In this document: in pieces, positions 39,550-53,754 of the stretch
Numbering within the stretch: position 1 is the first letter of the stretch
Layout: the number at the start of each line of letters is the position of its first letter
NCBI GenBank assembly: GCA_951406725.2
Contig: OX597834.1
Coordinates: 30,380,001-30,444,000, forward strand
Reading direction: 5' to 3'
DNA: 64,000 nt
DNA from: Octopus vulgaris
Taxonomy: Eukaryota
The notes under the pieces: model-generated
The model's input: the letters and a program-made list of their open reading frames with translations, nothing else
What the model was told of the DNA's origin: nothing
The model's database searches: none
Program-made: the position numbers and the translations under genes

Positions 39550-39701
39550 ATGTCTTTAAAAGCTTCAAGAGGTTTTAAGAGGTCTCGTGGTATTAACAAG
39601 ATTAGAGATTAAACCCCTTTGGATAACATATCAGTGTGTGACAGGGTAATCTTCCCAGGAGATCTGGTATCGAATACATGGTGTCTCTTCTCATGTAACC
39701 C
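39550..39701 (-). repeat. Right arm of the 150-bp inverted repeat (partner 35062-35211)
   Basis: Direct base-by-base comparison. Confidence 0.92.
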
Positions 39702-39763
39702 TTGTCCATTTAATGCATTGTGAGTGGATTTGGTAGACACAAACTGAACCAAGCTTGGAGTGC

Positions 39764-39797
<34 letters not shown>

Positions 39798-40976
39798 AGG
39801 AGAGAGTATTACTTTATTCACCATAAGGTTGAGAAAAAGAGGGGACAAAACAAACGTTGGGGTCAGAGTATCGAATGAGATGAAACTTATGAATAAACTA
39901 ACAAAATATATACAATTAAATGAGAATGAGTGATTAACAGAAAATGAAGCGGAGGATGTGGTTGACCCTACAAACCACATACTCACACTGAAGACTTTGC
40001 TTTCTCCTTTTTTACAGAGATAGAGAGAGAGAGAGAGAAAGAGAGAGAGATTCTTGAAAATGAGACTGAAGGTTCAGGAATGTCAGATATAGATTTATGA
40101 ACTCTGCTGTCCAAAACTGATTGCAAACGAGATAATAAATAGGAAAAATATAAAATCGGAACAAATTTGTGGATTGAATAAAATATGTATGTATGTATGT
40201 ACAGATGGATGGACAGACAAACAAAGAATATAATACAAAAATCAATAAATTACTCAGAGACAAAAATATATTGAAATATAAAATAAAAATGTTAAAATTG
40301 GCAATAGTCATGTATTTAATGAAACCTGTATAAAAGAAAAGCTGTTCCCCATACATAAATATTTCATGATCATGTGATCAATCAGACAATCAGATGTTGT
40401 TGTACATCACTGGTTACAATGCACTTTGCATCATTTTCACCTTCAAATGACACCACACTGCTAGCTAGACGAGCAGGTCAATGCCCCTCACCCATGATCA
40501 AAAAGGGGACTGAAACAATGTGAAATGAAGTGTTTAGCTCAAGAGCACAATGCTCTGCATGGTCTGGGAATCGAACCCGTGACCTAGCAATCGTGAGTGC
40601 AACAGCCCAACCACTAGGCCACAAGCCTAGACTGTGTATGGATATATATACACATAACAACATTTCCCATTCGTAGCAGAGGCAGCCGTGGGAGGAATAA
40701 ACACAAGGGCAAGTTTAAATAAGATTTTCATTTCTAAACCTACTCCATCACCGAAAACAGAAATAATTTTTAAATTGAAAAAAAAGTGGGGGGGAACGAT
40801 ACTAAAGCAATATTTTGACATGTCAGATAATTTACTATAATAAAAATTCAGACATGGAACAAAACAGTAAAAATAATAATTTCAGCTTTAACAGTACTGT
40901 GAAAACCATAAATGTCAAAAAAATGGTGTGTTTTATCAAACAAGTGATGAAATAGTAAACTACATAGGAAAGTGTG

Positions 40977-41022
<46 letters not shown>

Positions 41023-42682
41023 TTGTGTGTGTGAGTGTGGTTGTGTGTGTGAGTGTGGTTGTGTGTGTGAGTGTGGTTGTGTGTCTGTGCGCTCTCTCCT
41101 GATCAACCCTGCATACACAAGTGGAATAGTTAGTTGGGCCTTTTTTTCCTTTTGAGTTGAAAAAGTGGTGCTCCAGTGTGGCCTTGGTCACGATAGCTAA
41201 ATGGGGTTGAAGGAAGTGGAAAGGTTAAGTTTGATGATATATGTACTTGCTTTTGTTCTGTTTTTTTTTCTTTGTGCAGGCTGTGTGGTGAACCACATGG
41301 TTCCAGGTTCAGTCCCACCGTAGCACTTTGGACAAGTGTCTGCTACTAAAGCCCCAGGTTGACCTATGTCTTGTAAGGGAATCTGATACATGGGGAGCAT
41401 GTGGAAGTCCATGTGTGTGTGTGTGTGTGCATATTTGTGTCTTCCACTACCACCATCACCACTTGAAACCGGTGTTGGTTTGTTTACATACCCATAACCA
41501 AACAGTTCAGCAAAACAGACTGATAGAGTAAGTACAAAGCTTAAAAAATAAGAACTGCAGTTAATTTGTTTGACCAAACCCTTTAAGACAGTCCAATGAC
41601 TGAAACAAGTAAAAGAAGACTGGCCGTTGGCCATGCATGCAAGTCCCCTATTCCCATGTTGCCAATGCTATCCAAAGTGAAATGCCGCCATTTCAGAGCC
41701 CAATACCACTTGGCACCAGGCTTGCTGGAAGCATTAGTGTCAGAATGCAATTAGTAAGGCTCACATCCAGTGCTCTAAAGCAAGGACCCTTAACCACCAG
41801 GCCATGAATTATTTGGTACCGCACGGATAGAATCGTAAAATTTTAGAAAATCAATGCCAAGGATTCAAAACCTTATAAGTATGTGTATTCAACATACCGT
41901 GCCAAGCGAAAATAACATGACAATAAAGTAAGAACTTTAATAATAAAAAGTATGCCAACAACCATGATAACTGTATCAGCAAATTTCATCCAAAGTCACG
42001 CAATCGTTCATGATTTCTTTATATTCTGGACTAAGTGCATTTTATAAAAATACCTAGTTTCTAAAAGCATTGAGAGAGATTTAGCTAAAGAAAGCACAAC
42101 AGGACTCTAATATGAGTTAACTATATAAACATCTCTGCAGACAAATTCTATTTTCAGAAATGTCTTACAAATTAAACTAATAAACCCTAACAAAATGCAG
42201 TCATTGGGAGAGAAAAAAAATAGGCTATATACACATTGAAACCAATTTTCAGTTCCTTGCTAAAAACTGCAAGTATGGACTCAGTGAAGTCAAAATTTTT
42301 TTTTTTTCTTTAAGATATTTCAGTTAATAATATCTATTTATAGTTATTTTGAAATTTCTTTCATTTCATTTCTGTATTTGGTTTATAACATTCTTGATGT
42401 GAACTTGTGTGCTGCAACAGATTTTGGTATATTTAGAGAGGGTCATTTGGCCAATGACAAACACACACTGGTTCAATTTCACTTCTTTATAATTTGTCAA
42501 TTTGTTAATTAACTAATTAAATAATCAATTGCTTTTATTAATCAGTTGTGTTTGGCAAAGTCCTTTCATCATCACTTGCAACCTCTTCAATAACAAGTCC
42601 TCTCAGGTAAATTTCTGCTCTCATCTGTTTGAAATATAATCATACAGATGTAATGCAAAAGAGCATGAGTAATAGCACTTAC

Positions 42683-42709
42683 TTTCAGGTATGTTAACTG
42701 AGAAAACAT
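42683..42709 (-). CDS. Candidate short first coding exon of PKN (MFSQLTYLK)
   Basis: ATG TTT TCT CAG TTA ACA TAC CTG AAA followed by a consensus gtaagt donor in phase 0, compatible with the phase-0 acceptor at 5414. No homology support, and a chance match is possible. Confidence 0.22.
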
Positions 42710-42957
42710 GAACCAAGTTAAATTCAATGAACACTTATTTATATATATATATGGAAAAAAAAAAAAAATATATAAATAAAAACAGTTCTGGGTCAGTAGC
42801 ATGGTTTGAACTTACTCTCCTTGGGTCAAGATAAAACAATATGTCAACCACCAGGCACATCTAAATTTATATTACATTACAGTGATCCAAACAGAACTGA
42901 TTAATCCACTGTCAATCAAACCGTCCAATCCAGACCAGCATGGAAGATGATCATTAA

Positions 42958-43177
42958 CCCTTTCATTACTGTATTTATTTTGAGATGATCTGTGTTTCTT
43001 TCAATTATTTTAAATATAACAAAGAATTTAGTAAAATAATTTAATTATCATCAAGCTAGTGTTAGGAACATAAATTGTGACTAAGGTTTGGTGGAAGATT
43101 TTAACTCAAAACTTATGAAAACAAGACATTTTACCACAGAACCAGAGCCGGTTTTGGCCGGGTTAGTAACAAAAGGG
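42958..43177. mobile_element. Family E2 piggyBac-type MITE
   Basis: ttaa|CCCTTTCATTAC ... GTAACAAAAGGG. Near-identical to 55739-55960. Confidence 0.85.
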
Positions 43178-43956
43178 AACACACGCACACACAAGTGTGT
43201 GTGTGTGTGTGTAACTGTTCAACCCTGAGTAGCTACAGACAAAGATAGGTTTTGCTTGATCAGAGCTGACCTAGAGCTAGTTATGCCACACCACCAACAT
43301 CAGTAACAAGTCCTTAGCTGGGAAACAATAAGAAAGAGCATTTCGCCATAAAATCGCTTGCTCTCCCAACAGTAAAAGTATTCCGATGTTTGAATCTGTT
43401 CAAAACCATCCCACTTTTGTATGATGGGAGCATGAAATACATAAAAAAAAAGAACAATATGAAACGGTAAAACAAATAAAGATACATAAAGCACACTGGT
43501 TTGCATAAAGTGTAATTGTTTCAGATAAACAATGTGTGGCTGGTGGTCATATTGAAAATAGTTTAGCTTAATAAATGGGCAAGTTGGACGGTGGGGGGGG
43601 GGGGGGGGGAGATGAATCAGAAAGAAAGAAAGAAAAGAAGAAGAAAAATACTTTCCTATGTAAAAGAGGCCAGTCTTCTACTTATTGTTAATAGATTAAC
43701 AAAAGTATAAAAGTACTTTTTTTTTTTTACTGAACTACTGCAATGCCAGAGATATAAATAACAATTATTAATGCATCTTGATAAATCTATAAATAACATT
43801 AATAATAATAATAATAATAACAATAACAATAGCTGACAATACACAGAGTAACTCAAATAGAGCAATCTTCAGATACAACACACAGACCATATTCAAAAAG
43901 CACCTGATAATAGGAATTAATGCAACTCGGGCAACATATATACTATACTTAATATC

Positions 43957-44168
43957 TATTTCTTTACTACCCACAAGGGACAAACAAGGACAGACAAACG
44001 GATTAAGTCGATTACATCGACCCCAGTGCGTAACTGGTCCTTAAATTTATCCACCCCGAAAGGATGAAAGGCAAAGTTGACCTCGGCGGAATTTGAACTC
44101 AGAACGTAGTGACAGACGAAATACGGCTACGCATTTCGCCCGGCGTGCTAACGTTTCTGCCAGCTCGC
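43957..44168 (-). mobile_element. Family B SINE
   Basis: Matches the consensus. Confidence 0.85.
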
Positions 44169-44507
44169 ACAACCTACATCGCACACACCACACACACAAC
44201 AGAACAAACACTAATATAACAACAAGAAACTATAAACCCCCATAACAAAACAAACCAGTGCAGTACGCCAACAGGAGGGGTCAGTACTTCCACCAATTCC
44301 GATAAAAATACAATATAACAAAGCTGCATACATCTGCAGAACAGCGAGGGGCAGCAGGTTCTGCAGTGCAAATTCACATAAAACTACTGAAGAAAAAGAA
44401 CTTTTACCCTCACAGCCCACATTTTTTGTTTTGTCCTGTACTGTCCATAATGTTTTTCTTAATGTAAACTCCCATGGTTAATAAAGAAATCATTATTACT
44501 ATCATTA

Positions 44508-44728
44508 TTACTCTTTACTCTTTTACTTGTTTCAGTCATTTGACTGCGGCCATGCTGGAGCACCGCCTTTAATCGAGCAACTCGACCCAGGGACTTATTC
44601 TTTTGTAAGCCCAGTACTTATTCTATCGGTCTCTTTTGCCGAACCGCTAAGTAACGGGGACATAAACACACCAGCATCGGTTGTCAAGCAATGCTAGAGG
44701 GACAAACACAGACACACAAACACACACA

Positions 44729-44775
<47 letters not shown>

Positions 44776-44915
44776 GGCTTCTTTTCAGTTTCCGTCTACC
44801 AAATCCACTCACAACGCTTAGGTCGACCCGAGGCTATAGTAGAAGACACTCGCCCAAGGAGCCACGCAGTGGGACTGAACCCAGAACCATGTGGTTGGTA
44901 AACAAGCTACTTATT
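44508..44915 (-). mobile_element. Family A SINE
   Basis: Matches the consensus with the 5' end clipped. Confidence 0.9.
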
Positions 44916-45787
44916 AATTAATAATAATAATAATAATAATAATACTTTCAAATTTGGACACAAAGCCAGTTGGTTACACTGACCCCAGTAACTGATAAGT
45001 GCTTTATTTCATTGACCCCTGAAGGATGAAAGGCAAAAATCAACCTTGGCGCAATTTGAACACACAACAAAAATAGCTAGGGATTTTGCCTGATGTGCAA
45101 GGGACTCTGCCAGCTTGCCAACTTCTGTTACAAATAATGGTTTCAAATTTTGGCACACGACAATGAAGATCTGCAGTGAGAGAGGGCAGGGTGTTGCTGT
45201 TGTACAAAACGGCAAAGGGCTGTAAAAGGTAATAAAATGGGGAAGGAGAGAAACAAAATGACCCACAATCTTTTGACAGCAGACCAACTCATACAGACAC
45301 AGGATGGTGATGCTGATGATCAAGTAAAAGTGATGAGGTTGAAGTCTGATGAGCAGAGAAGACTATGTCTTGAGGTGACAAAAGATGGAGATGAATGAAT
45401 AATGATATACCTGGCTTCATACTCACCAAACCCATACACAACAACAACACTGGGAAGTAAAGCTTAAAACAATAAAAGTAATAAAATCTATTTAAAATCC
45501 TATCTTTTATGTCTTATTCATTTCGGTCAGTGAACCTTGAAGGGTTTTAAGCAAATAAATCCCTGCCACAACTCAGGTTTCTATCTTAAGTTTGATACTT
45601 GTTTTAGCAATCTCTTTTGTCAAACTGCTAAGTTACAAGGGTGCAAATAAACCAACACTGGTTGTCCAGCAGTGTAATGGCAGAGGTAACATACACACAC
45701 ACATCCAATGGACTTCCACACAGTTTCCATCGGCCAAATTCACTCCCAAGACATTGCTTGGCCTGGGGCTATGGTATAAGACACTTT

Positions 45788-46019
45788 AGGAGGCGAGCTG
45801 GCAGAATCGTTAGCACGCTGGGCGAAATGCTTTGTGGTATTTCGTCCACCGCTGCGTTCTGAGCTCAAATTCCACCGAGGTCGACTTTGCCTTTCATCCT
45901 TTCGGGGTCGATAAATTAAGGACCAGTTATGCACTGGGGTCAATGTAATCGACTTAATCTGTTTGTCTGTCCTTGTTTGTCCCCTCTGTGTTTAGCCCCT
46001 TGTGGGTAATAAAGAAATA
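45788..46019 (+). mobile_element. Family B SINE with 14-bp TSD, nested in an older family A copy
   Basis: GGTATAAGACACTT at 45773-45786 and 46020-46033. Confidence 0.9.
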
Positions 46020-46619
46020 GGTATAAGACACTTGCCAAAGTGCCACTCAGGGGGACTGAACCTAAAATCATGTGGTTGCATAACAAGCTTCTTAACCACA
46101 TAGCCATCACTGCAACCACCTACAGATATAATAAACATCATACTTCTCACGTTTGAGAGAATGCTTCATTAATACCGAGTTATGAATAACACTTTCTCAT
46201 TCTTCTTCAGATACAAGAATGTGGTGTGTTCAACTACGCATCTGTACCTGTGTGTGTGTGTGTGTGTGTAAAAACATTATCTATCTTCTGCCTAATTAAA
46301 AAAACAACAGCAACCAAGCTGATAGAAAAACATGCAACGAAGGCTATGATGTAAGTTTTATTGCGAAACTTAAAACCCAACGACTGACTGGTATGGGTTT
46401 AAGAAAAGAAATAGCAAACCGAAAATAGATTCAACGGATACTTTGCTTAAATTGATAATTGGATCATTACAGATTAACGAACAAGGAAAATAATTAAGCT
46501 TAGCTAAACTAACCGTCTTGGACAGTTGAAATGATAAATTAGATGCCCTGACTATAAGGGTGGTGATAGTCAACTGTATACGATGAAGAAGACCAGTCTA
46601 AATAACACACACACACTCA

Positions 46620-47023
46620 CACTCTTTGCTCTTTTACTTGTTTCAGTCATTTGACTGCGGCCATGCTGGAGCACCGCCTTTAATCGAGCAACTCGACCCC
46701 AGGACTTATTCTTTGTAAGCCCATGTACTTATTCTATTGGTCTCTTTTGCTGAACCGCTAAGTGACGGGGACATAAACACACCAGCATCGGTTGTCAAAC
46801 GATGTTGGATGGGGGACACACAGACAACAAACATACATATATATATACATACATATATATGACAGGCTTCTTTCAGTTTCCGTCTACCAAATCCACTCAC
46901 AAGGCTTTGGTCGGCCCGAGGCTATAGCAGAAGACACTTGCCCAAGGTGCTGCGCAGTGGGACTGAACCCGGAACCATGTGGTTCGTAAACAAGCTACTT
47001 ACCACACAGCCACTCCTGCGCCT
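46620..47023 (-). mobile_element. Full-length family A SINE
   Basis: Matches the consensus. Confidence 0.9.
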
Positions 47024-47585
47024 TAATTTAATTTAAACTCTCATGACCATATCCATATTATCTTTTTACCCTTCACTTGTTTCAGTCACTAGACTGTGGC
47101 AAAGCTGGAGCAGCAGGTTGAAGGGTTTAAGTCAAACAAATAGATGAATTCTAGGACATATTTTATAGGTCTGGTCTAACTCATGCTAGCATGGAAAAAG
47201 CAGATGTATGTTGATGATGATGATGTCATATTATACAGTAGTACAATACATATTATACAGTGAGTTTTACGAACTTTTATCCTTTGGTTTCATTACAGCC
47301 CTGGGCCAACCAAAGCCTCATGAGTAGATTTGGTAGATGGAAACTGAAGGAAGCTTATTATGTGTGTTCGGGGGGGGGGGGGCTTGTACTTGCCTTGATA
47401 TCAGTCATACAAGCAATGCTGTATGTTTACAGTCTTCCATAAAAAGTATGTATGGCCATGGAGCAGAAAATATTACCTTGTGTAGAAACAAGATGAGAGC
47501 TGGCAACAGGAAAGGCATCCAGCCAAAAAACAGAAAGACTTGACAAATTCTGTCTGACCCATAAGAAGGGAAAAGTGGACATCAA

Positions 47586-47803
47586 TCCTTCAGCATTTAA
47601 ACCAGCCATACGTGGCCCAAATATTCTATTTGCTTTATTTTCAAACTGTCAAGATCTGGCTTCTTGCACCTACCCTGCAATATCATTCTAAAAATAAACA
47701 ATCACATCATCAAAATCTCAAAGCTACGAGATAATGCGAGATTAATTCAAAATAATTTAAGTAAATAAGTATTAAATTTGACAGTAAATTAAATGCTAAA
47801 GGG
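47586..47803. mobile_element. Family E1 MITE inserted in the tail of an A/D SINE
   Basis: tccttcagcatttaaaccagcc ... aaatgctaaaggg|ttaa, interrupting gtggacat..(gat)n. Confidence 0.75.
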
Positions 47804-48886
47804 TTAACCTGATGGTGGTGATGACATATGTTTGCATTTAAATGGCTATCTTGAGTGGTTTCAACACACAAATTCACATTAAGGTCACTTGTCAAAAATG
47901 AAACTTAGACACAGTTTAAAAAAATACCAAAATATGTCATAATGACCTGCAGTTTAAAAGGAAAAAAAAATATTTCACAAATATCCAAATATTCCCCAAA
48001 TCACATTTTTACCTTCTTATGAATGGAAGAACATTCATAGAAGATGATATAGTCCTAGGTAGACAGTGTTTGAAATAATAGATGGAAAGGACACTGTTGG
48101 AATGTCTTTGCTTGGTAGGCGAATCAAAGTTAATCTGGAGATTAGACACTAACACTTCAACTAATCCTTTAAACTGCTGTGCCCATATTTTGCTATCCAC
48201 CCACCTATATAAAATATATTCCAATTAAACACAAACTTCACAAACAGACTTGACAAACTTTATCTCACATTTAGCCTAGAGCCAACAAGGAAGCTTTTAT
48301 GTGTTCTTGACCTGCTAAAAATAGTAGCAGGTTTTCTTTCAAGCCATAACATTAAGGAAGAATGCTTTAGGGTACATTAATGTCTAGGGTACACTAATCC
48401 CATTAAAATCAAAAGATAGGAAGGCCATAGGCTTAACACCTTTGATCATGGATGTGTCTGCTCGACTGAGGTTGACTTAGGGTTAAACAACAACATAACC
48501 TAAAATGATTATGAGCATCTTCTTTTAGTCATTTCAGTCATTGGACTGTGGCCATACTGGGGCACCACATTGAAGGATTAAGTCAAAGAAATTGATACCA
48601 GTCTTTATTTTAAAGTCTGGTTGTGAAAATCATGAATATGAATTCATAAAATGTAGTACAAGGGGGAGAAAAATATGCATTTCAGATCTGTCCAACACGT
48701 TTTTAAAAAATTTTTTTTATCTAGTTTCAGCTCACAAGCTGTGGCCATGCTGGGGCACCGCCATTAGGAAAAGATTGTATAGGAAAAGATTGACATAAAA
48801 CCAATAGTGGTGGTGGTAGTGATAATAGTCACTATCATCATCATCATAAGGATTTCATTTCTAAAATAGGTAGAGTATGCACAGAC

Positions 48887-49335
48887 ATGGCTGTGTGGTT
48901 AAGAAGCCTGCTTCCCAACCATATAGTTTGGGGGTTCAGTCCCACTGCACAGCACCTTAGGCAAGTGTCTTCTACTATAAGCCACAGGCCGATCAAAGCC
49001 TTGTGAGCGGTTTTGGTAGAGAGAAACTGAAAGAAGCCTATCTATCTGTCTGTCCTTGTATGTAAGTATATGTGCGTACGTATGTGTGTGTACATGAATG
49101 TGTATACCCTTGTCCTGACATCACATGATGGTTGTAAATAAACACTAGCATCATAGAAGCAATGTCGTTCATTTCCGGTGTTCTGTGAGAAACATGTCTG
49201 GTGCCAGGGGGAAATATTACACTGCTTAGAAACAGGTAACGAGAAAGGAATCTGGCCATAGAAAATCTGCCTTAGCAAATTCCGTCTGACCCATGCGAGC
49301 ATGGGAAAGTGGACACTAAATAACAATGATGATGT
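48887..49335 (+). mobile_element. A/D chimeric SINE
   Basis: A head and CORE-like segment, then gacatcacatgatggttgtaaat...gaaaatctgcc...gtggacactaaa(tga)n. Confidence 0.75.
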
Positions 49336-49636
49336 ACAAGGTCATAAATTTTGGAGGAATGAATGGTTTAGTAAAATCAGTTTCAAATTTTTGCACAAAG
49401 CCAGGTAGTCCAGGGGAGTGGGGGCTAAGTCGATTACATTGACCCCGGTACTCAACTGGTACTTATTTTATCAACCTCAAAAGGTGAAAGGCAAAGTTTA
49501 CCTTGGCAGAATTTAAATACAGAATGTATAGGCAGAGGAAATGCCGCTAAGGATTTTCCTCGGCACGCTAACCATTCTGCCAATTCACTGTTTTGGAATA
49601 GTTAATTATATTGACAACTCCAAAAAAATAGATTAA

Positions 49637-49858
49637 CCCTTTCGATACCAACCCAGCTGAACCCGCCTCTGGCTCTGTAGTACAAATATCTTGTTTTCAT
49701 AAGTTTCAAATTAAAATCTTCCACCAAACCTTAGTCACAATTTATGTTCCTAACACCAGCTTAATGGTAACTAAGTTATTTTATCAAATTTTTTGTTATA
49801 TTTAAAATTAATTGAAAGAAACACAGAGCATCTCAAAATAAATATGGTAACAAAAGGG
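49637..49858. mobile_element. Family E2 MITE (reverse orientation), TTAA TSD
   Basis: TTAA CCCTTTCGATACC ... GGTAACAAAAGGG TTAA. Confidence 0.88.
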
Positions 49859-50686
49859 TTAAGAAATTCTTGGTAGGATTTGAATTCAGAGTGTAGAGAG
49901 TTATAACTAATTCCTGCAAAGCTCTTTGTCTATTGACCATAAAACAAATAAGGGATAATATGATTTGGCAGGTTCTGAACTCAGAATGTAAAAACACATG
50001 ACTAATAAATGCAAAGCATTTTGACAATTGGCCCGGAAATTACAACTGATCCTGGTGGGATTCAAACTCAGAATGTAAACAGATGTGACTAACTACCACA
50101 AGGCACTTTCTCAGTTGCTCTGCTAATGCTAACAGTTTATTGCTCTTTATTACGGTAATTACAACAATGCTCATTTAACCCAATGATGTAGATAATCATC
50201 ATCATCAACATCAACATCATCATCATGAATTGCCAAGGACGTGAGATTAAGGCCAATGGTGGCATGTGAACTTTTATCAGAGGTAATCATGTAATACAGA
50301 GACCAATAAAACTTTCTTTTTGAAACATTACACTTTATGTCAATAATTGTCTGTGTGTCTACATGCATGTGTCTATGTAAGTGCATATATTTGCATGTGA
50401 ATGTATGTGTCTATATATATATATATGCATGCGCTTGTGTATACACACACACACACACACACACACCAAGACTGATAATAATAAAAAAAAAACAATTGTA
50501 ACAGTACTAAAAACAACATTTCAAAACATGTCCCAGTGTTAGTTACCAACTCCAAACAACTCTCAACTTGGAGACAGTGGGGGAAAACCAAACCACTCAA
50601 TGTTAAATAAGCCAACTTTAATCGCTAGTGAACTATATACAGTGACACAGCAACAGCACAGAGTAGTCACAGCCATATATGTACAT

Positions 50687-50732
<46 letters not shown>

Positions 50733-50924
50733 CATCATCATCATCGTCATTTAACGGCAGTTTTCAACGATGATATATTATATATATATATATATTTTTG
50801 CTATACTTTCAGCTCATAGCTGTGGCCATGCTGATGCACCGCCATCTTGCAACACTGTTATTACTGAATGTTGGCATTACTGTCACATCATGAATGATGT
50901 CCATATTGTTCGTATATATATATA

Positions 50925-51249
50925 TGAGACCCCCTTCGGTCATGACTGACCATGGGATTGCACCTAGAAAGTTACCCTCCCAAGCACAAGTCAGAGCAAG
51001 GTTGTTTATGGAAGACCAGTAGTCACTCATGCATACCGGTCTCCCCTTTCCACACCACTAGTGTTATCCAAGGGAAAGGCAAAGGCCAATACAGCTGTGC
51101 ACCTGTGATGTCGCAACTCATTTCTACAGATGAATGAACTGGAGCAACATGAAATAAAGTGTCTTGCTCAAGAACACAACATGCAGCCCAGTCCAAGATT
51201 CGAACTCACAACATCACGATCGTAAGCTCAACACCCTAACTACTGAGCT
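50925..51249 (-). mobile_element. Family F tRNA-derived SINE
   Basis: Minus-strand B box gagttcgaatc and a gtgttcttgagcaagacacttt CORE-like segment. Related heads at ~16010, ~40510 and ~59180. Confidence 0.65.
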
Positions 51250-51630
51250 GGGGTTCTGTATTTTCTGCGAGACTTTCGTATCATCTGCATAGCTTGCAAG
51301 GGTGGCTATCCGGGTTCTTGAGGGCATATCTGAGAGGTCCACTATAAAAAGCAGTGGTCCCAAGACAGTGCCTTGTGGAACACCGCTCACTATTTGTGTT
51401 TTCATAGAGGTGGCTCCATTAGCCACTACAGCCTAACTTCTATCTTTCAGAAAGTCATGTAACTACACTCCAAGTTTTCCAGCTACGCCGAGCTCATACA
51501 GTTTGTGGGATATCATACCATGATCCACCTTGTCAAAAACTTTTGCAAAATAAAGGTATATTACGTCCACATTTGAGTTGTTGAGTAACTTCCTCAACAC
51601 CCAGTCATAATGTTGTAAATGCTGGGTCAG
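51250..51630 (-). mobile_element. Decayed CR1/L2/Jockey-group LINE reverse transcriptase fragment
   Basis: LTQHLQHYDWVLRKLLNNSNVDVIYLYFAKVFDKVDHG...GV*LHDFLKDRS*AVVANG...SGVPQGTVLGPLLF...SYADDTK. Contains RT motifs (FDKVDH, GVPQG.VLGP, YADD) and two in-frame stops. Confidence 0.92.
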
Positions 51631-52827
51631 GTCAGTTTACTTCCCAACCACATGGTTCTGGGTTCAGTCCCACTGTGTAGCACCTCGATCAAGTGTCTTT
51701 TACTATAGGTATAGAGCAACCAATGACTTGTGGGTGAATTTGGTAGATAGAATGCGTGTGTGTGTTTGTGTTTTCTTGTCTGGACATTGTGTGATGGCTG
51801 TAAACGAGCACCACTGTCACACAAGCAGTGTCCATTAGTTCCAGCCTACTCTAAAAACATGTTTCACCATGGGTAAATATTGCTTTGCTTAAAAACAGAT
51901 GGGGTTGGCAACAGAAAGGGCATCCAACCATAGAAAATCTGGATCTGATCCATGCAAGTGGATCCAGAAAAGTGGACATCAAATGATGATGATGAAAGGT
52001 GAATGCCAATGGATGCACGGAATCAAAACAAACACAGCAAAGTATTCTATCAGATGCTTTATCAATTTTGCACCAGTTCTTCCCTACCCTTGCCATCCTT
52101 AAAGACAGGATGAAATTAATTTGAATGCTTAACTGATGCCAAAATTCCTGGCAGAAATAAATCTGATAATAATCCAAATGAAGAACGTTAAAATTCAACA
52201 ACAGAAAAGTTCTTTTGAAAGCGCCGTTGATAATCATGGTGTAAGGTTTCAAAAATAAATTATGAAATTCACGAAATTTATCTTCAGTCAAAAAGCAAAT
52301 AAACAGAAAGATGAATAAAATAAACAGACACAGCCGTGGCTAGCTACAGGCATGGTTGTGTGGTTAAGAAGCTCATTTTGCAACCAAGTAGTCTAAGGTT
52401 CAAGCCCACAGCATGGCATCTTGGCCAAGTGTCGTCTATTATAGCCCCAGGCCAACCAATGCCTTGTAAGTGAATTGGTAAACAGAACCCCAAAGAAGCC
52501 TGTCGTGTGTGTATGTGTGTGCAAGACATAGGTGTGGTTGTGTAGTCAGAAGTTTGCTTGCAAATCACATGGTTTCAAGTTCAATCCCACTGTGTGACAC
52601 CTCGGACAAGTGTATTCTAATATAGCCCCAGGCAGACCAAAGCTACAGGGCATTTGATAGACAGAAACTGAAAGAAACCCATCACACACACACATATATA
52701 TATATACATACATATATACACATACATACATACATACACATACATACATATATACACATACATACATATATATATATATACATGTGTATATTATATATAC
52801 ATGCGTATATTTATATATATATATATA

Positions 52828-52918
52828 TAGTTAATCCAAACAAGAAAGCACAAAAAAACAACACGAGGACGTGGAACAAATATAGTGTTATTGGATGCTC
52901 AGGAAAGAAGGAAAGGGC
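52828..52918. mobile_element. Second copy of the Penelope-like end, at (TA)n
   Basis: tatagttaatccaaacaagaaagc...tattggatgctcaggaaagaagg parallels 38020-38115 and stops before the hammerhead-like motif. Confidence 0.55.
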
Positions 52919-53455
52919 CTATTGCTCTACAAGGAATAAAAGGATTAAATATCATGTTTTAGACTACATCATCCAATGTGTTTTCTTTATTTACAACAGT
53001 ATGATGCAATTTCAGGAAAATTTGGCAGCTGTGTAAAGTTTCTATAATTGGCTATGTCTATATTAGCAATGAAATATGGAAAGATAATAATAATTCTTTC
53101 TAGTGAAGGCACAAGGCCTTGAAATTTTGGTGGGAGGAGACAAGTTGATTACATTGACCTCACTGTTTCACTGGTATTTAATTTATTGACCCAGAAAGGA
53201 TGAAAGGTAAAGTGGACCTTGGCAGAATTGAACTCAGAACGTAACAGCAGACAAAATGCTGCTAAGCATTTTGCCTGGCGTGCTAGCAATTCTGCCATCT
53301 TGCTGTCTTAATGATAATGATAATTTTAGTATGAACATCACAAAAGACCAGTTCCTCTCTCTTATTTTTATATGATCTTTAGCCCACTGGACAAAATGCT
53401 TCATTGTATTTCTTCCATCTGAGTTCTGAGTTCAAATTCCGCCAAGGTCAACTTT

Positions 53456-53754
53456 TTTCCTTCTCGAGCCATGCCTGGCTCATAAGGGCCGGTTTCCCAA
53501 TTTCTTTGGCATATAGGTTCCCCACCTGGACAGGACACCGGTCTGTCGCAGGTGAGCTGCAAGATGCAGGAGGAAAGAGTGAGAGAAAGTTGTGGCGAAA
53601 GAGTCAGCAGAAGTTTGCCATTACCTTCTGCCGGAGCCACGTGGAGCTTAGGTGTTTCGCTCACAAACACACACATTGCCCGGTCTGAGATTCGAACTCG
53701 CGATCCCTTGACCACGAGTCTGGTGCTCTAACCACTAGGCCATATGCCTCCACG
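53456..53754 (-). mobile_element. C-head SINE with an alternative tail, nested in a family B SINE, 12-bp TSD
   Basis: AAGGTCAACTTT at 53444-53455 and 53755-53766. Confidence 0.88.

Noticed and set aside
35062-39701. A 4.6-kb DNA transposon bounded by 150-bp TIRs
   Set aside because: There is no flanking TSD or transposase, and the host family D element resumes just inside the left arm rather than beyond the right arm.
42815-42860. Second ATG...gtaagt phase-0 mini-exon (MCLVVDILFYLDPRR)
   Set aside because: It overlaps a decayed family B-like remnant. It shows such matches arise by chance, which is why the 42683 candidate has low confidence.
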